Origin: Reclinomonas americana ATCC 50394
Lineage: Eukaryota
Assembly (NCBI GenBank): GCA_048213135.1
Contig: PS015254.1
Location: 22,087-57,658, forward strand
Length of the DNA stretch: 35,572 nt
Direction of reading: 5' to 3'
Part shown: positions 11,631 to 23,700 of the stretch, piece by piece
Numbering within the stretch: position 1 is the first letter of the stretch
Layout of the letters: the number at the start of each line of letters is the position of its first letter
Notes under the pieces: generated by a model
Seen by the model: only the letters and a program-made list of their open reading frames with translations
Told to the model about the DNA's origin: nothing
Database searches by the model: none
Program-made: the position numbers and the translations under genes

Positions 11631-12888
11631 ATGGACGTGTTGGCCAATGTCAAGGCTGAGACTGGTGAGTGTGCAAGAAGGGGTGTTTGTTCCTCCGCTC
11701 CCGGTATTCTCTCTCTCTGTGTGTATGTGTNNNNNNNNNNNNNNNNNNNNNNNNNNNNNNNNNNNNNNNNNNNNNNNNNNNNNNNNNNNNNNNNNNNNNN
11801 NNNNNNNNNNNNNNNNNNNNNNNNNNNNNNNNNNNNNNNNNNNNNNNNNNNNNNNNNNNNNNNNNNNNNNNNNNNNNNNNNNNNNNNNNNNNNNNNNNNN
11901 NNNNNNNNNNNNNNNNNNNNNNNNNNNNNNNNNNNNNNNNNNNNNNNNNNNNNNNNNNNNNNNNNNNNNNNNNNNNNNNNNNNNNNNNNNNNNNNNNNNN
12001 NNNNNNNNNNNNNNNNNNNNNNNNNNNNNNNNNNNNNNNNNNNNNNNNNNNNNNNNNNNNNNNNNNNNNNNNNNNNNNNNNNNNNNNNNNNNNNNNNNNN
12101 NNNNNNNNNNNNNNNNNNNNNNNNNNNNNNNNNNNNNNNNNNNNNNNNNNNNNNNNNNNNNNNNNNNNNNNNNNNNNNNNNNNNNNNNNNNNNGCTCACC
12201 TCCTTCTGCCTTTCCCCTTCTGCCCCACAGAGGTGCTGCGAGCGCCATGGAGTGATGAAGAGGTTTGTTGTGTGCGGTCTCTCGCCCTTTGCGCTGAAAT
12301 GTGTGGCAACCGGACATGATTTGCTCACACTGCTTGTCTTTGCGTGTGCAGGATGAGGCTTTGCGACAGGCTGTGATGGAGCTGGGCGCACACCGATGGA
12401 GCCAGATTGCGAGTTGCGTGTGATCACCAGACGCCCCCCACTCATTTCATGTCCGGTTGCTGAGTTGTCTCTTTCTCTTCAATCTAGGCCGTCTTCCGGG
12501 CCGCATTGGCAAGCAGTGCCGTGAGCGCTGGACGAACCACCTGTCGCCTGCAGTGAAGCGCACACCATGGGACGCGGAGGAGGACGTGCGCGTTGTGGTG
12601 TGGCACGCCTGCCTCGGCTCCAAGTGGAGCTTCATGGCGCGCGAGCTTCCCGGCCGCACCGCCAACAACATCAAGAACCGCTGGAACTCGACCCTGCTGC
12701 GCCGTGTGCGCCGCGGTGACTTTGACTTCCTCAACGTGCCGGCGTCGGAGCGACCGAGCGAGGGATGCTCCGATGCGGAGCGCGCCGACATGCTGTCCGC
12801 CTACTACCGCCGCCAGCAGCAGGCGGCCGCGCCCGGAACACAGATGACTGGTGGATCGTCGGCCGAGTTGCGTCTCCTTCCCTCCCCA
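11631..12888 (+). CDS. Myb transcription factor, R2R3-type DNA-binding domain (5' part)
   Basis: Exons MDVLANVKAET / EVLRAPWSDEE / DEALRQAVMELGAHRWSQIA / SRLPGRIGKQCRERWTNHLSPAVKRTPWDAEED...WSFMARELPGRTANNIKNRWNST. The first exon lies across a gap but is phase-compatible; a further repeat could be hidden in the gap. Confidence 0.92.
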
Positions 12889-13565
12889 NNNNNNNNNNNN
12901 NNNNNNNNNNNNNNNNNNNNNNNNNNNNNNNNNNNNNNNNNNNNNNNNNNNNNNNNNNNNNNNNNNNNNNNNNNNNNNNNNNNNNNNNNNNNNNNNNNNN
13001 NNNNNNNNNNNNNNNNNNNNNNNNNNNNNNNNNNNNNNNNNNNNNNNNNNNNNNNNNNNNNNNNNNNNNNNNNNNNNNNNNNNNNNNNNNNNNNNNNNNN
13101 NNNNNNNNNNNNNNNNNNNNNNNNNNNNNNNNNNNNNNNNNNNNNNNNNNNNNNNNNNNNNNNNNNNNNNNNNNNNNNNNNNNNNNNNNNNNNNNNNNNN
13201 NNNNNNNNNNNNNNNNNNNNNNNNNNNNNNNNNNNNNNNNNNNNNNNNNNNNNNNNNNNNNNNNNNNNNNNNNNNNNNNNNNNNNNNNNNNNNNNNNNNN
13301 NNNNNNNNNNNNNNNNNNNNNNNNNNNNNNNNNNNNNNNNNNNNNNNNNNNNNNNNNNNNNNNNNNNNNNNNNNNNNNNNNNNNNNNNNNNNNNNNNNNN
13401 NNNNNNNNNNNNNNNNNNNNNNNNNNNNNNNNNNNNNNNNNNNNNNNNNNNNNNNNNNNNNNNNNNNNNNNNNNNNNNNNNNNNNNNNNNNNNNNNNNNN
13501 NNNNNNNNNNNNNNNNNNNNNNNNNNNNNGAGACGAGCTCATCGAGTCGCCCACACAGATGGACT

Positions 13566-14504
13566 TCACAACATGTGGGGCGAGAAGAGCTGCGGCGAGG
13601 CACCAGCAAAGGAAAACGGTATCGCCGACAAAAATGAGGACGAGGCAAAATCGGAGCCGCCCAGCGACGATGATGAGGCATTGCCTGCACCACCGGCTGC
13701 GGCAGGCGTGTTGGCCGACACCATCAGCGAGATGCGCGGCGAAAAGAGCGACGAGGCAGCAGCTGCAGCAGCTGCGGCAGCGGCCGCAGCCGCACCAGCC
13801 GACGAGCCCGTCGACGAGGCAGACGAGGAGCTCAGGTCGATGCACATGGGCGAGTAGGCGCCGTAGTTGGGCATGAGCGGCGTGCCGCACAGACCCGACG
13901 ACAGCGTCGATGAGGAGCCGGCCATGCTGCCGGGCATCGGCGTCATCACCAGCGCCACATTGCCGCCAACGTGGTGCGACTGGCCACCGTTGCCGCTGGC
14001 ACCGCAGCACGTGCACGTCGGGCACAGCCAGTACATGCGCATGGTGTCCATGGCCGACTGGATGGAGCGCGGAGTCGAGGGAGCGCCATTCGCGGTGGCG
14101 GTGGTGGTGATGGCCGGCACTGGTGCGGCGGGAGCAGGAGCCGCCGCCCACAGAGGCAGAGGCGGCAGCTCGATCTTGGTGGTGACGCCACGCATGGCCG
14201 ACGGCAGGGAGCCAGCGGCGACTGGCGAGGTGGCGTTCTCGGCGGCGGTGGCAGACGACGGGCTGCAGGGCGCAGTGGCCGCACGCAGGGCCGGCGGCGT
14301 GTCCATCGACGAGTGACGCTTGCATGGCGGCGACGAGGCGCGGATGCGCAGCGCAGCCGAGGGGCCAGTGCGCGAGCGGCGACGGCCACTGCTGCTGCTG
14401 CCGCTGCTGGCGCTGCTGAAGCTGCCACGCTTGCGACGCGACACCGACGACGACGACGCATCGTCACCATCGGTGGTGTCTTGCACGGCATCGTCGTACT
14501 CGCC
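13566..14504 (-). CDS. Ser/Pro/Ala-rich C-terminal region, probably the 3' part of the Myb gene on an inverted segment
   Basis: Open frame GEYDDAVQ...SPQLFSPHML* with many SP/TP sites and a basic RRKR patch. It starts on a full codon at the gap edge and is in frame with Myb ...LLPSP (ends 12888) if flipped. Confidence 0.65.
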   Translation of the reverse strand, partial: GEYDDAVQDTTDGDDASSSSVSRRKRGSFSSASSGSSSSGRRRSRTGPSAALRIRASSPPCKRHSSMDTPPALRAATAPCSPSSATAAENATSPVAAGSLPSAMRGVTTKIELPPLPLWAAAPAPAAPVPAITTTATANGAPSTPRSIQSAMDTMRMYWLCPTCTCCGASGNGGQSHHVGGNVALVMTPMPGSMAGSSSTLSSGLCGTPLMPNYGAYSPMCIDLSSSSASSTGSSAGAAAAAAAAAAAAASSLFSPRISLMVSANTPAAAGGAGNASSSSLGGSDFASSSFLSAIPFSFAGASPQLFSPHML

Positions 14505-14976
14505 NNNNNNNNNNNNNNNNNNNNNNNNNNNNNNNNNNNNNNNNNNNNNNNNNNNNNNNNNNNNNNNNNNNNNNNNNNNNNNNNNNNNNNNNNNNNNNNN
14601 NNNNNNNNNNNNNNNNNNNNNNNNNNNNNNNNNNNGTTTTGTTACTACTCTCTGTTTGTTTGTTTGTTTGTTTCGGATCTTGTTAACTTGTTTGTTTATC
14701 CACCACCACCACGCCACCTCCACCTGTACATGTGTGTGGTATTTTTTTTGACCCTGTTACTGCTGTTGCCTGCTGGCCAGAGTCGGTGGTGCACCCCTCA
14801 ATTTTGACTGTTGGTGAGGGGGCCACGAGGGAGCTCGGCAGTGTAGCCGTGCTCCCACCGCGTCACACCGACTCGCGGCAGCAGCATCACTTTGTGAGAA
14901 AGAGAAAAGAAGAGAAATCAATCTACCCTGCGAAACCCCCAATATAAGAAACCCCAACTTATGTACGCGCTGCTGT

Positions 14977-16027
14977 TCAGTCTTCTTCCACTCTCAAAAC
15001 CCGCGCCTGTGCCGGAAACTCGTCGCACAACTCGTGCACCACGTCCATGATGACGGCAAACTGACTCTTCTCACTCAACCCGCGCTCCATGCCGTCCCAC
15101 GTGACGGCCACCACCGACAGTGCCGACGCTCCGCCCCGCAGCAACATCTGCACATACAACAGCTCCTGCAGCGTGATCATGCCGGCCCGTGGAATGACAA
15201 ACACTGTCAGCGAGCGGCAGCAGACGGGAAACGCCCACAGGTAGCCGACTGTGCATGAAGACAAGTGAGACCCGCGATCCAGAGATAAGAACTGCGTGTG
15301 CGTGGTCCTCGCACCTCCAGCGGCCACTGGCACCACGCCCTCTGGCGGATGCAACGAGGCGTTCACCACCAGCTCATCACGGTGCTCTGTCAACGCCAGC
15401 ACAGCGCGTTGCCACATGGCCATCGCACGCTGCGGCAGCTGCTTCTCAAACCCACCAAATGTCGGCTTGCCCGTGACCGACGACACGGCCATGCCCTGAC
15501 GCTCACAACTGAGGACAGCTCACACCGCAACACGCTCACTCATGCACACACCTTCTTGTACGACACACGGACCGTGTGGCACGCCGGCGCACTGGCCATG
15601 TAATCCTCGCGCTGTATGCAGGCACTGGTGACGAGCGGAAGACGATCGCCCGCGAGTTGCATCAGCGACACAATGACGTCGGCCACGTTGCCGCCCTCAC
15701 GTGCCCGTCGATACACGGGATCGCCGCCCGACCACAGCACCGCCGGCATCGTCTCCGTGGTCATGTGTTCGAGAATAGCGCGCGCCACTGCTGCGACCAT
15801 GCTCCGAGGCAGCGGTGAATGCGAGCTCGGTCTGCATCCAGCGTCAGTGCATGCAAGAGAGAGGCGCAGCGGGTGGAGAGAGAGACACACCCAATGAGCA
15901 GGCATGCATTGACATCGGCACCGAGCAGTGAGCGCGTTTTGAGTGCCGCACACGTGTCGACCATGGCCTCCACCGAGTCGACCTCCAGCTCCACCACCGC
16001 ACTGCCAGAAGACGCAGAGGCGGCCAT
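14977..16027 (-). CDS. Hypothetical protein (about 4 exons), weak resemblance to the SLOG/LOG Rossmann-like fold
   Basis: Exons MAASASSG...AMVDT / SMVAAVARAI...VLWSGGDP...SYKK / GMAVSSVTGKPTFGG...VAAG / VFVIPRAGMITLQELL...RVEED*. The fold is inferred from two short motifs only. Confidence 0.6.
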
Positions 16028-16053
16028 TCCTCTCTCCTCCTGCACGCACTCAC

Positions 16054-16692
16054 TCACTGTCCCACTGGCCGGTCAGCGATCACGTCGCGCATCTGCACCG
16101 ACACGCGACTGTCGCGCAGCACTGGCACCTCCACGCCCAGCTCCTCCGGGCACGAGGCCGCCACAATAGCCTCCACGCCATGCACAATGGCCGCCGAGGT
16201 CGATCCGGGAAACACCAGCGCATCACCACTCTCCACGCGCACCGTCACTCCGCTCATGACAAACTCGCACGCGCAGCCGAGCGACAGAATGATCACCCAC
16301 CCCGCACAGTGATCAATGTGCTGTCGCAGAGTCGTGCCCAGCGGGTACAGCACGACGTTCAGACGATTTGGCGCCACCCACTCATCGACACGCCCGTCCT
16401 CGCCCGTCGCCAGCACCTCCCTGTCCGCCTCGGCCACTGCACGCACCGCCTGCTGTGCCCACTCGCTCAACTCGTGCGCGATACGCGCCTGTGCGCCGCT
16501 CTCAAACGCCAGCAGGAAGCGACTGGCGGCGTTGGGACGAGCGCGTTTGTGCAGAGTCGACAGTGCTCCGTGCGGCTCACCTGTCGCTGTGTAGGCCTCG
16601 CGCACGACGTCGTACAGTGCCAGCTGCTCGCGTGTGCTTCCAAGCAGGCCGTGCACGAGAAAGCACACGTCGTTGATTGCTTCCACGTGCAT
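16054..16692 (-). CDS. AlkB-family 2-oxoglutarate/Fe(II) dioxygenase, intronless
   Basis: ATG at 16692. Motifs NRLNVVLY, HID (HxD), IIILSLG-like WVIILSLG, SGDALVF, HGV and RVSVQMR (RxxxxxR). Confidence 0.88.
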   Translation of the reverse strand: MHVEAINDVCFLVHGLLGSTREQLALYDVVREAYTATGEPHGALSTLHKRARPNAASRFLLAFESGAQARIAHELSEWAQQAVRAVAEADREVLATGEDGRVDEWVAPNRLNVVLYPLGTTLRQHIDHCAGWVIILSLGCACEFVMSGVTVRVESGDALVFPGSTSAAIVHGVEAIVAASCPEELGVEVPVLRDSRVSVQMRDVIADRPVGQ

Positions 16693-16745
16693 CTCGAGAA
16701 GAAAACGCGACAGCGCGCGCAACCTGTCAATACCCGGCGCGACAA

Positions 16746-17468
16746 ATGATCATTGAGAGCGATGTGGACGGCTGCGCGTATCAACTGGAGGGCGACGACG
16801 GAGATGCGCAACAGTGGCTGCCGTATGCAGTGGCGGCGGAGTTTGTGTTGCGGCATGTGGGTCCGCTGATTGCGCAGGAGAAGAAGAGCATGGCGGAGTG
16901 TTTGGCGCGCATTTGTGCGCTGCTGAATGCCGATTGTGCGGGTGGAGGGTGTCGACGAGTGCGTGTTGGCGAGTGCGACGTGGCGGTCAAGGAGGCGGAG
17001 GAGTTTGTGCGTGAGCATCCGCCGTGGGGTCGCGTCGATGTGATTTGGGAGGAGGCCGGAGTCGTTGGTGTGGTGCGACTGTGTGTGGCTCCGAGTCGGC
17101 GCTTGCCTACGCATCACCACGAGGGAATGCACGAGTGGGAGGCCGTGCTGGGGAATGCGGATGGAGCGCTGAAGGCGTGGTGGGAGGTGCGGGAGGGCGA
17201 CTCCGTGGAGAGCACGCGAGAGGCGGGTCGGCGATTGCGTGAGCGGCTGGGCGTTGTTGGCGATGTGGCAGCGGTGGGCGAGGTGGACGAGCGAGGGCGT
17301 CTGCTCTGCTCGATGGAGGTGGGCGACGAGCGGCGACCGGCGGTCGGTCAGAAGCACGGCTATCACAATCACTCGGCGAGCGAGTGGTCCTACATTCTGT
17401 GTGCCAACTCGCCGCCGTTCTCGCCCGCCGAGGAGATTGTCGACCCCACCGATGCGGCCACTGAGTGA
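16746..17468 (+). CDS. Cupin-domain protein, intronless
   Basis: ATG at 16746. Cupin motif 1 RLCVAPSRRLPTHHHEGMHEWEAVL and motif 2 GDERRPAVGQKHGYHN...ILCANSPPF. Confidence 0.75.
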   Translation: MIIESDVDGCAYQLEGDDGDAQQWLPYAVAAEFVLRHVGPLIAQEKKSMAECLARICALLNADCAGGGCRRVRVGECDVAVKEAEEFVREHPPWGRVDVIWEEAGVVGVVRLCVAPSRRLPTHHHEGMHEWEAVLGNADGALKAWWEVREGDSVESTREAGRRLRERLGVVGDVAAVGEVDERGRLLCSMEVGDERRPAVGQKHGYHNHSASEWSYILCANSPPFSPAEEIVDPTDAATE

Positions 17469-17545
17469 AACTCCTCTCACTTTGCTTTTCATTGCTTTGT
17501 CGCACGCACTCTCTCGTCTCTCTCTTTTTCCCCATTCGCTTCGTG

Positions 17546-20500
17546 TCACCGTGAGCCAGTGAGGCGGCCCAGAGCCTCCAGTTGGCTCAGGAACTGCCCG
17601 CCCGTCACAATGTCCGTCGAGCCGTACGCGATGTACTTGCCCTGCACATCGAGTAAGAGGCGTGATGGAGGGGGCGAGAGCAGCACACGGAGACTCACCG
17701 TCTCGGCAGCATACTGGAACACATTCTGGCACTCGGCGTAGGTGCCACCACCCACGGTGAGCACAATCGCTTTTTGGAAGTTGCGTGGCATGCCGTCGCC
17801 ACTGGTCGGCTGGCTCGACACGGCCTTGGGATCGAGGAAGAAGAGGTTGGCGTGCTCGGTGGCATCGCGCTGTCCGTCCATCACCACCTGCAGTGTCTTG
17901 GTGACCGGCAACTTGGCGCTGCCCGAATGCATACCCAGTCCCGCCTTGACGTGGTCGCCCAGCATGCGGAACTGTGCAACAAAACACCGGCAATGACATG
18001 AGACAAGCACAAATCAATCGACAAGAATTCTGCCCGTGTTTACCTTGTTGGCAAACGACGAAAGCATGTCAGAATTCCGCCCGCCACCACCGCCACCACG
18101 CATGGTGCTGAGTGAGCCTTGCATGGTTTTCAATCTGCGTCACCCACCCGACGGTGAGTGTTGATCACAACAATTATGACGTGTTGGGTGCACTCAACTG
18201 TCGAAGGAAAGCATAGGCACTCATGTCGGCGCGCTGCTCAGTCAACTTTTGCTCCAGCAGCGTTAATCGGTCGCGGGAGATGTTATCCTCCAACAAGTAG
18301 TACATCAGGAACAGGCGCAGTTTGTCTTCCACCGTCGACGCATGCGTCGGCTCCAAAATGCGTTGCACATCGGCGAAATCCTGTGCGTCCAACCATCGTC
18401 AGGATACTGACAGGCACACACGTGTGGTGGCAGTGGAACCACGACGCAACAACAGAGCGAGAATGCAAAATATTCTGCTCCAGCAGATGCATGCTGTGCA
18501 AGTCGCGCGCCTTGATGGCACGCAGCAGGGTGGCGGCAATGTTGGTGTGCATGGCCAGCGACTTTTTCCTGGCCAGCAGCTCCGGAATGGAACGCATGCC
18601 CGACGTCATTTCCTCCATGGATGTTCCACTGCAACAGCGTGTCAATAATCGACAACGGTTTGACCATCATATACAATACGGCACCCTCACCCGCCACCGC
18701 CTGTTGGATCGGCCTCCACATCGATGCCGGTCTTGCGACGAATCGTGTTGATATCGTCCTCGCACTGTCGGACCTTGACGTCCACATCCTCTGCGCATGC
18801 ATGCACGTACTTTCAGTGTGTGTGTGTGTGCGTGTGTGCGTATTTGAGAAAGATGGCTCCGAAAAAACGCACCCATGACACGCTCAAAGGTGATGAGACC
18901 GTGACTCATCCAGAAATCGTCTTCGGGACTCAGATCGTATTTCTTTGTTTGCACACGTGCGGGTGGGGCGCCTGATGGGCCAGCTCCACCAGCCGCCGCT
19001 GCTGCCGCTGCCGCTGCTGCGTCGTCACCCTCGGTGGCCAGCTGCTCTCTCCCCCCGCCACACATTGAGTATCATGCTTGCAGTTGAAACAATGTGAGGG
19101 CGCAACTTCGACAGTCACACGATTCAGATTCATGCCCAGCACGTCGTGCACCAACGCCTTGTAGGTCCACGGATGATGCAAACACACACCCATATCGAGA
19201 CTCCGGTCGACAATCAACAAAACTGCACGAGCGAGTAGTGAGGCGGCTGGCACCCCAAAGGTGAACCTTGAGACGGCTGCACTCACCAGGTCGTGAATTC
19301 AACATGGACCGCCACTCCTCCGACTCCTGCGCCTGCTCATACAAGTGCGCACGCAGCTTCTCGTCCAACTTGGTGGCCACCATTTCTGCCGCCTCTCCAC
19401 GCATCGCACAAATGTACGGCGTCACTTCCTGTGCCGCGCAAGAGTCATGCACCAGCGCACGAGGAGAAGCCTCTCCGTTTCTTTCCCCCTCTGACGCACC
19501 ATGGTCACCACCACACTGAAAATGCCGTCCACAATCGAGTTGATTCTCTCCATCAGCGCACTCTCCGACTTGGAGGGATCGTTGAGGGCGAGGAACGTGT
19601 TTGGTCGCAAGAGCGTGAACAGATTCGGTTCCATGCACGTAAAGTCGAGGAACTGATCCACCACCTGCAACACATCGCACAGGCACAGGCACACACAGTC
19701 AGTATGCGTCGCTGCAATGCGTCCTTTCCTCTCCGCGTGCTCTGTACCTGTTGTACACGCCCAGCACAGTGACTGGTCACCGAGCCGGCAGCCAGCGCCT
19801 GCAACTGTTCCCGCTTCACTGGCGCACAAAAGTTGACAAAGTACGAGTCGTACAGCGATCGTCGGAAGTCCTAGTGTCATAGAAAACGAAAAAGTCACTT
19901 GCCTGCTAACGCACAAGACAAGCTCTCTCTCTCCTTCCACCCACCGCAATCATCTTGTCCACGTTGGCCTGTGTCGGCTCCACAAAGTACAAGGCCGGCA
20001 CATCCGACACTGCCTCGCGCTGCTGATCCAGCATGCTGCAGAGACAGAGGGTGTCACCAACCAGCAAGAGAGAAGAGGAGTGAGTTGTCTCCAACACGCA
20101 ACAGATTGAGCGTGACGCCGAGCTTGCGTAGATCTCCCACTCGAAGCACAGGACCCACCACGTCCACGCAGAACTGATCCATCACCAGCACCTTCCATAC
20201 CTCCTCTGAGAGAGAGAGACAAGTGAGAGACAAGTGTGTGTGTGCGAGTGTGAGAGAGAGAGACAACTCAAACCGTTGACGCCCGGCTGGAAGATGGGCG
20301 CGGCAGGATCCACAGGCACAGGTCGATTCAAGTTGAGCATTTGCAGCAGACTCGCTGCACACACACACAACACCATCATCATCAGTTCACTCTCTCTCTC
20401 ACACACGTGTATGCCATGCGCGTGCGCCACCTTTGAGTTTCGCAAACAACGAGCCCTCCATGACTCCCGACGGACCCGCCAAGCCAGCGCCACTCAGTCC

Positions 20501-20608
20501 ACTCTCATCGCCACCTACTCCACTGCCTCCACTTGCACTGCCTCCTCCACCACCACTGCTTGTGCCGCCGTGTGAGCGACGGCTGTCACCACCCGCAGAC
20601 GACGCCAT
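17546..20608 (-). CDS. SLY1: Sec1/Munc18-family protein Sly1 (SCFD1), multi-exon
   Basis: Exons encode [104 protein letters not shown] and IAYGSTDI. Confidence 0.95.
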
Positions 20609-20778
20609 GTCCACGCAATCACGCGCTCTCTTTGCAACACGCACACACACGCACACACAGACACGCTCTGCCTTGTACGAGCAAACAATCACACGTGGAT
20701 CTTCGTTGGAGGAACGACTGGGCGGCGTGGGACACACACGTGTAACGTCGCGCAAGCATTTCATTTCATTTTCGTTTT

Positions 20779-23700
20779 TCACCACCCACCGTCTTCATCG
20801 TCGTCTTCGTCGGTCTCATCATCATCCTCGTCATCTTCCTCGTCTTCATCGTCATACGCACCGCCGTCATCGTCGTCGTGGTTCAGCATCGGCGAGTCGG
20901 CCACTAATGAGCCGGCGCCGGCTGGAGTCGACGGCGTCGTGGCTGTAGTCGGCGTTGTCGTTGTAGTGGTGGTCGTTGTAGTCGTGGACGAGGACGCTCC
21001 ACCACCACCACCACCACCGGCATTGTCGCGATATTGGACGGCAATGGCTTCGGCGCGCTCGGCGGCCTCGCGGAAGATGGGGTTGGCCAGCTGGCGCAGC
21101 TGGCCGGCGGTGATGGCTACGTCGTCGTATCGGCCGGTGCAGTAGCGAATGGCGTTGTCAATCATCAGATCAAAGTCGGCACGGAAGGCGGCCACGTCGG
21201 CGTACAGCAGATCGCGCAGTTTCCGCTCCATGTCCGGCAGCGACATGGGTTGTCGCACAAACTGGCGGTACTGCGGCAGCATGATGAGCTGCGCCGCAGG
21301 TGTCTGAAAGTCGCCAGCCTGAAGATGAAAGAGAGAGAGAGAGATAGAGAGAGGAGAGATATTATCAGCGTGGTGCACGAGAGAGCAGAATGCGTGGCAA
21401 AAAAGTACCTTGCCCGTCTGCCGCAGTCTGGTGATCACCGGCTGCAGCACCTCCGTGCTCAGCGCCTGCGTGAACGTCTTTCGTCGCTTCTGCTTCTGTG
21501 CATCAGCTCCCGCATCGCCGGCTGGTCTCTTGCCGGCCTCCGTTCCCTTGTTGGGATTGCGCAGAACCAGCACGTTGGGTGCACTGCATTTTTCGACGAA
21601 ACCGAGTGAGCCCGCGCCATACACCAATCAACGATAGGGTAGACAGCAACGCAACGGCGGCACCAGGAGGTTCTTCAGATCGAATCTCATGCTGCTGCCT
21701 TCCACCTGCACTTCATACAATGATTTCTCCGACTCCCGTCAACTTGTGTCAATAAGAGCACCACCTCACCTTGACGTGCGACTTTTGACCCGGCGTGCGA
21801 CGCATACGACCGTACGCCGGGCACAGCTGGTTCGACGACATGTGCCCGATCTTGCCGCACGCACTGCACTTGACGCTGCTGTTGGTTTTCTGTGGTACGC
21901 AACAGTTGGTCAGGCAGTCGATCAAGGTGGTGAACGAAAACGACAACAGAAAGCAGCGCGCATACACACCAGCGCCATCTCGCGCGTCAGGTCACGAATG
22001 TCGCCCTGCTCGGCGTTCTTCACGTACTGCTGACGGAAACGGCGGAACTGATCCAGCAGACGGCGACGCTCGGCCTTGCCGCGGAAGAAGCCCAGCTCGC
22101 GAGAATGACGCAGAGCAGCACTGCACACGAGAGCGGCAACCGAAGGCGTCAACGACCATCCTTTGCAGTTCACACTCTGTCTCTCACACACACCCTTCCA
22201 GGAATGCCCTCCGTTTCTTGCGCTCCGCCAGGAAACGTTGCACAGCCGCCGGGTCGTCGATAATGTCTTCCTTTTCCACCAACTGGCCATTCGGTTGTTG
22301 CACCTACACAACCCATCGCCAGCAAGTTAGTGCCTGACCCACCCTGTACCCATCCATCACCTCCATCCACCCAGTCACCTTTCTCCTCCACCGAATCTTG
22401 GTGCGTCGCTCCACCACCACTTGCTCACTGTGATGCCACAGTGTGAGAATCATCACACACCAGTCATCCAACAGCCAGACACGCAACGCTCCCGACTGCT
22501 TGCGCTGAATACTGAGCTCGCCAATGAATCGATGCAGCTGTGCTTCCTCGTCTTCCGAGCTCTCATCGTCATCGTCCTCACCCTGTGCCGAGTGATGAGC
22601 GGTGCAGATCGACAGAGAAAAACAGTAAACACCACACGTCGTCCTCCTCCTCACCTCCATCATGTTGGCCAGCTCGCGATCCAAATCATCCAGCTCCAAC
22701 TCGCTGAACGACGACGAAATCGTCGTGTTGGAGGCATCGCCTGTGACCGACGATGACAGCTGGATGTCCTCGCCCTCTGTGTCATTGCCACAGGCGCCAG
22801 TGAGTGGGTGACAAGCCGCACATGAACCAAGTACAAGGTGAAAACATCAGCGCACCACCAGCTGCCGCACTCCGCACACGCAGCGCAGCAGCAGCGCCGC
22901 GCAGCTCATTCTCGCTCTTCTCCGACTCCTCCGCAGCTCGCTGCTTCAGCAACTCCAGGTACGACTTGTACAGTGACATCTGTGGTATGCACTGTGAACA
23001 CTGACGCCTCGGCGTGTTGCCAATCTCATGCAGTGCACGCGTACCTGCGGCGAGCTGACATCGCGAAGACGATTGCTTTCACGCTCAAACATGCGACGCA
23101 GAATCACGGTGGCCGAGCGTGCCGCAGCTGCTGCGTCATCAGGCCCAGCATCGCGTCGCCCACTCACAGCACCTCCAATATCCTCTTCGCGCTTCGTGGG
23201 GCGGTCTGATGGATGGAGTGGGAGAGAGAGAGAAGGTGAACAAAGTGCCGACCATCACCACAGAGAGGCGAGCTAAAAACACACACGCAACGACCGCGCA
23301 CGGTGCGGAACTTGCGCACTGTTTCGCGTCGCTCCTTGGCGTTCATGGCATTGATGCGATCGGCCGGCACCAAATGGCCAAGAATCTCATGCGCACGTGT
23401 TCGCGAAATGTACGAGGGCATCTTGGCTCTGCCGTCGAGAATGGCGGCTGGGTCGTCGTCGAGACTACCACCACCGCCGCCACCACCACCACCTGGCGAA
23501 CCGGCTCCACCTCCACCACGCGGACGGCCACCCCGACCGCCCCGACTGCCACGACCACCACCACGGCCTCCGCGACCGCCTCGACCACCACGTGCTGGCT
23601 TGGGTTTCTCTCGCGGCACCGGCTTGCCTTCGTCGTCTGAGTTGTCGGCAAACTCCGTGTCGGCAATGATAGCACCAGCGCCACGCACGGCGGCCTCAAA

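Noticed and set aside
16467..18017. 516-aa minus-strand ORF
   Set aside because: Shadow frame over the Sly1, cupin and AlkB genes in GC-rich DNA, with no recognisable motifs.
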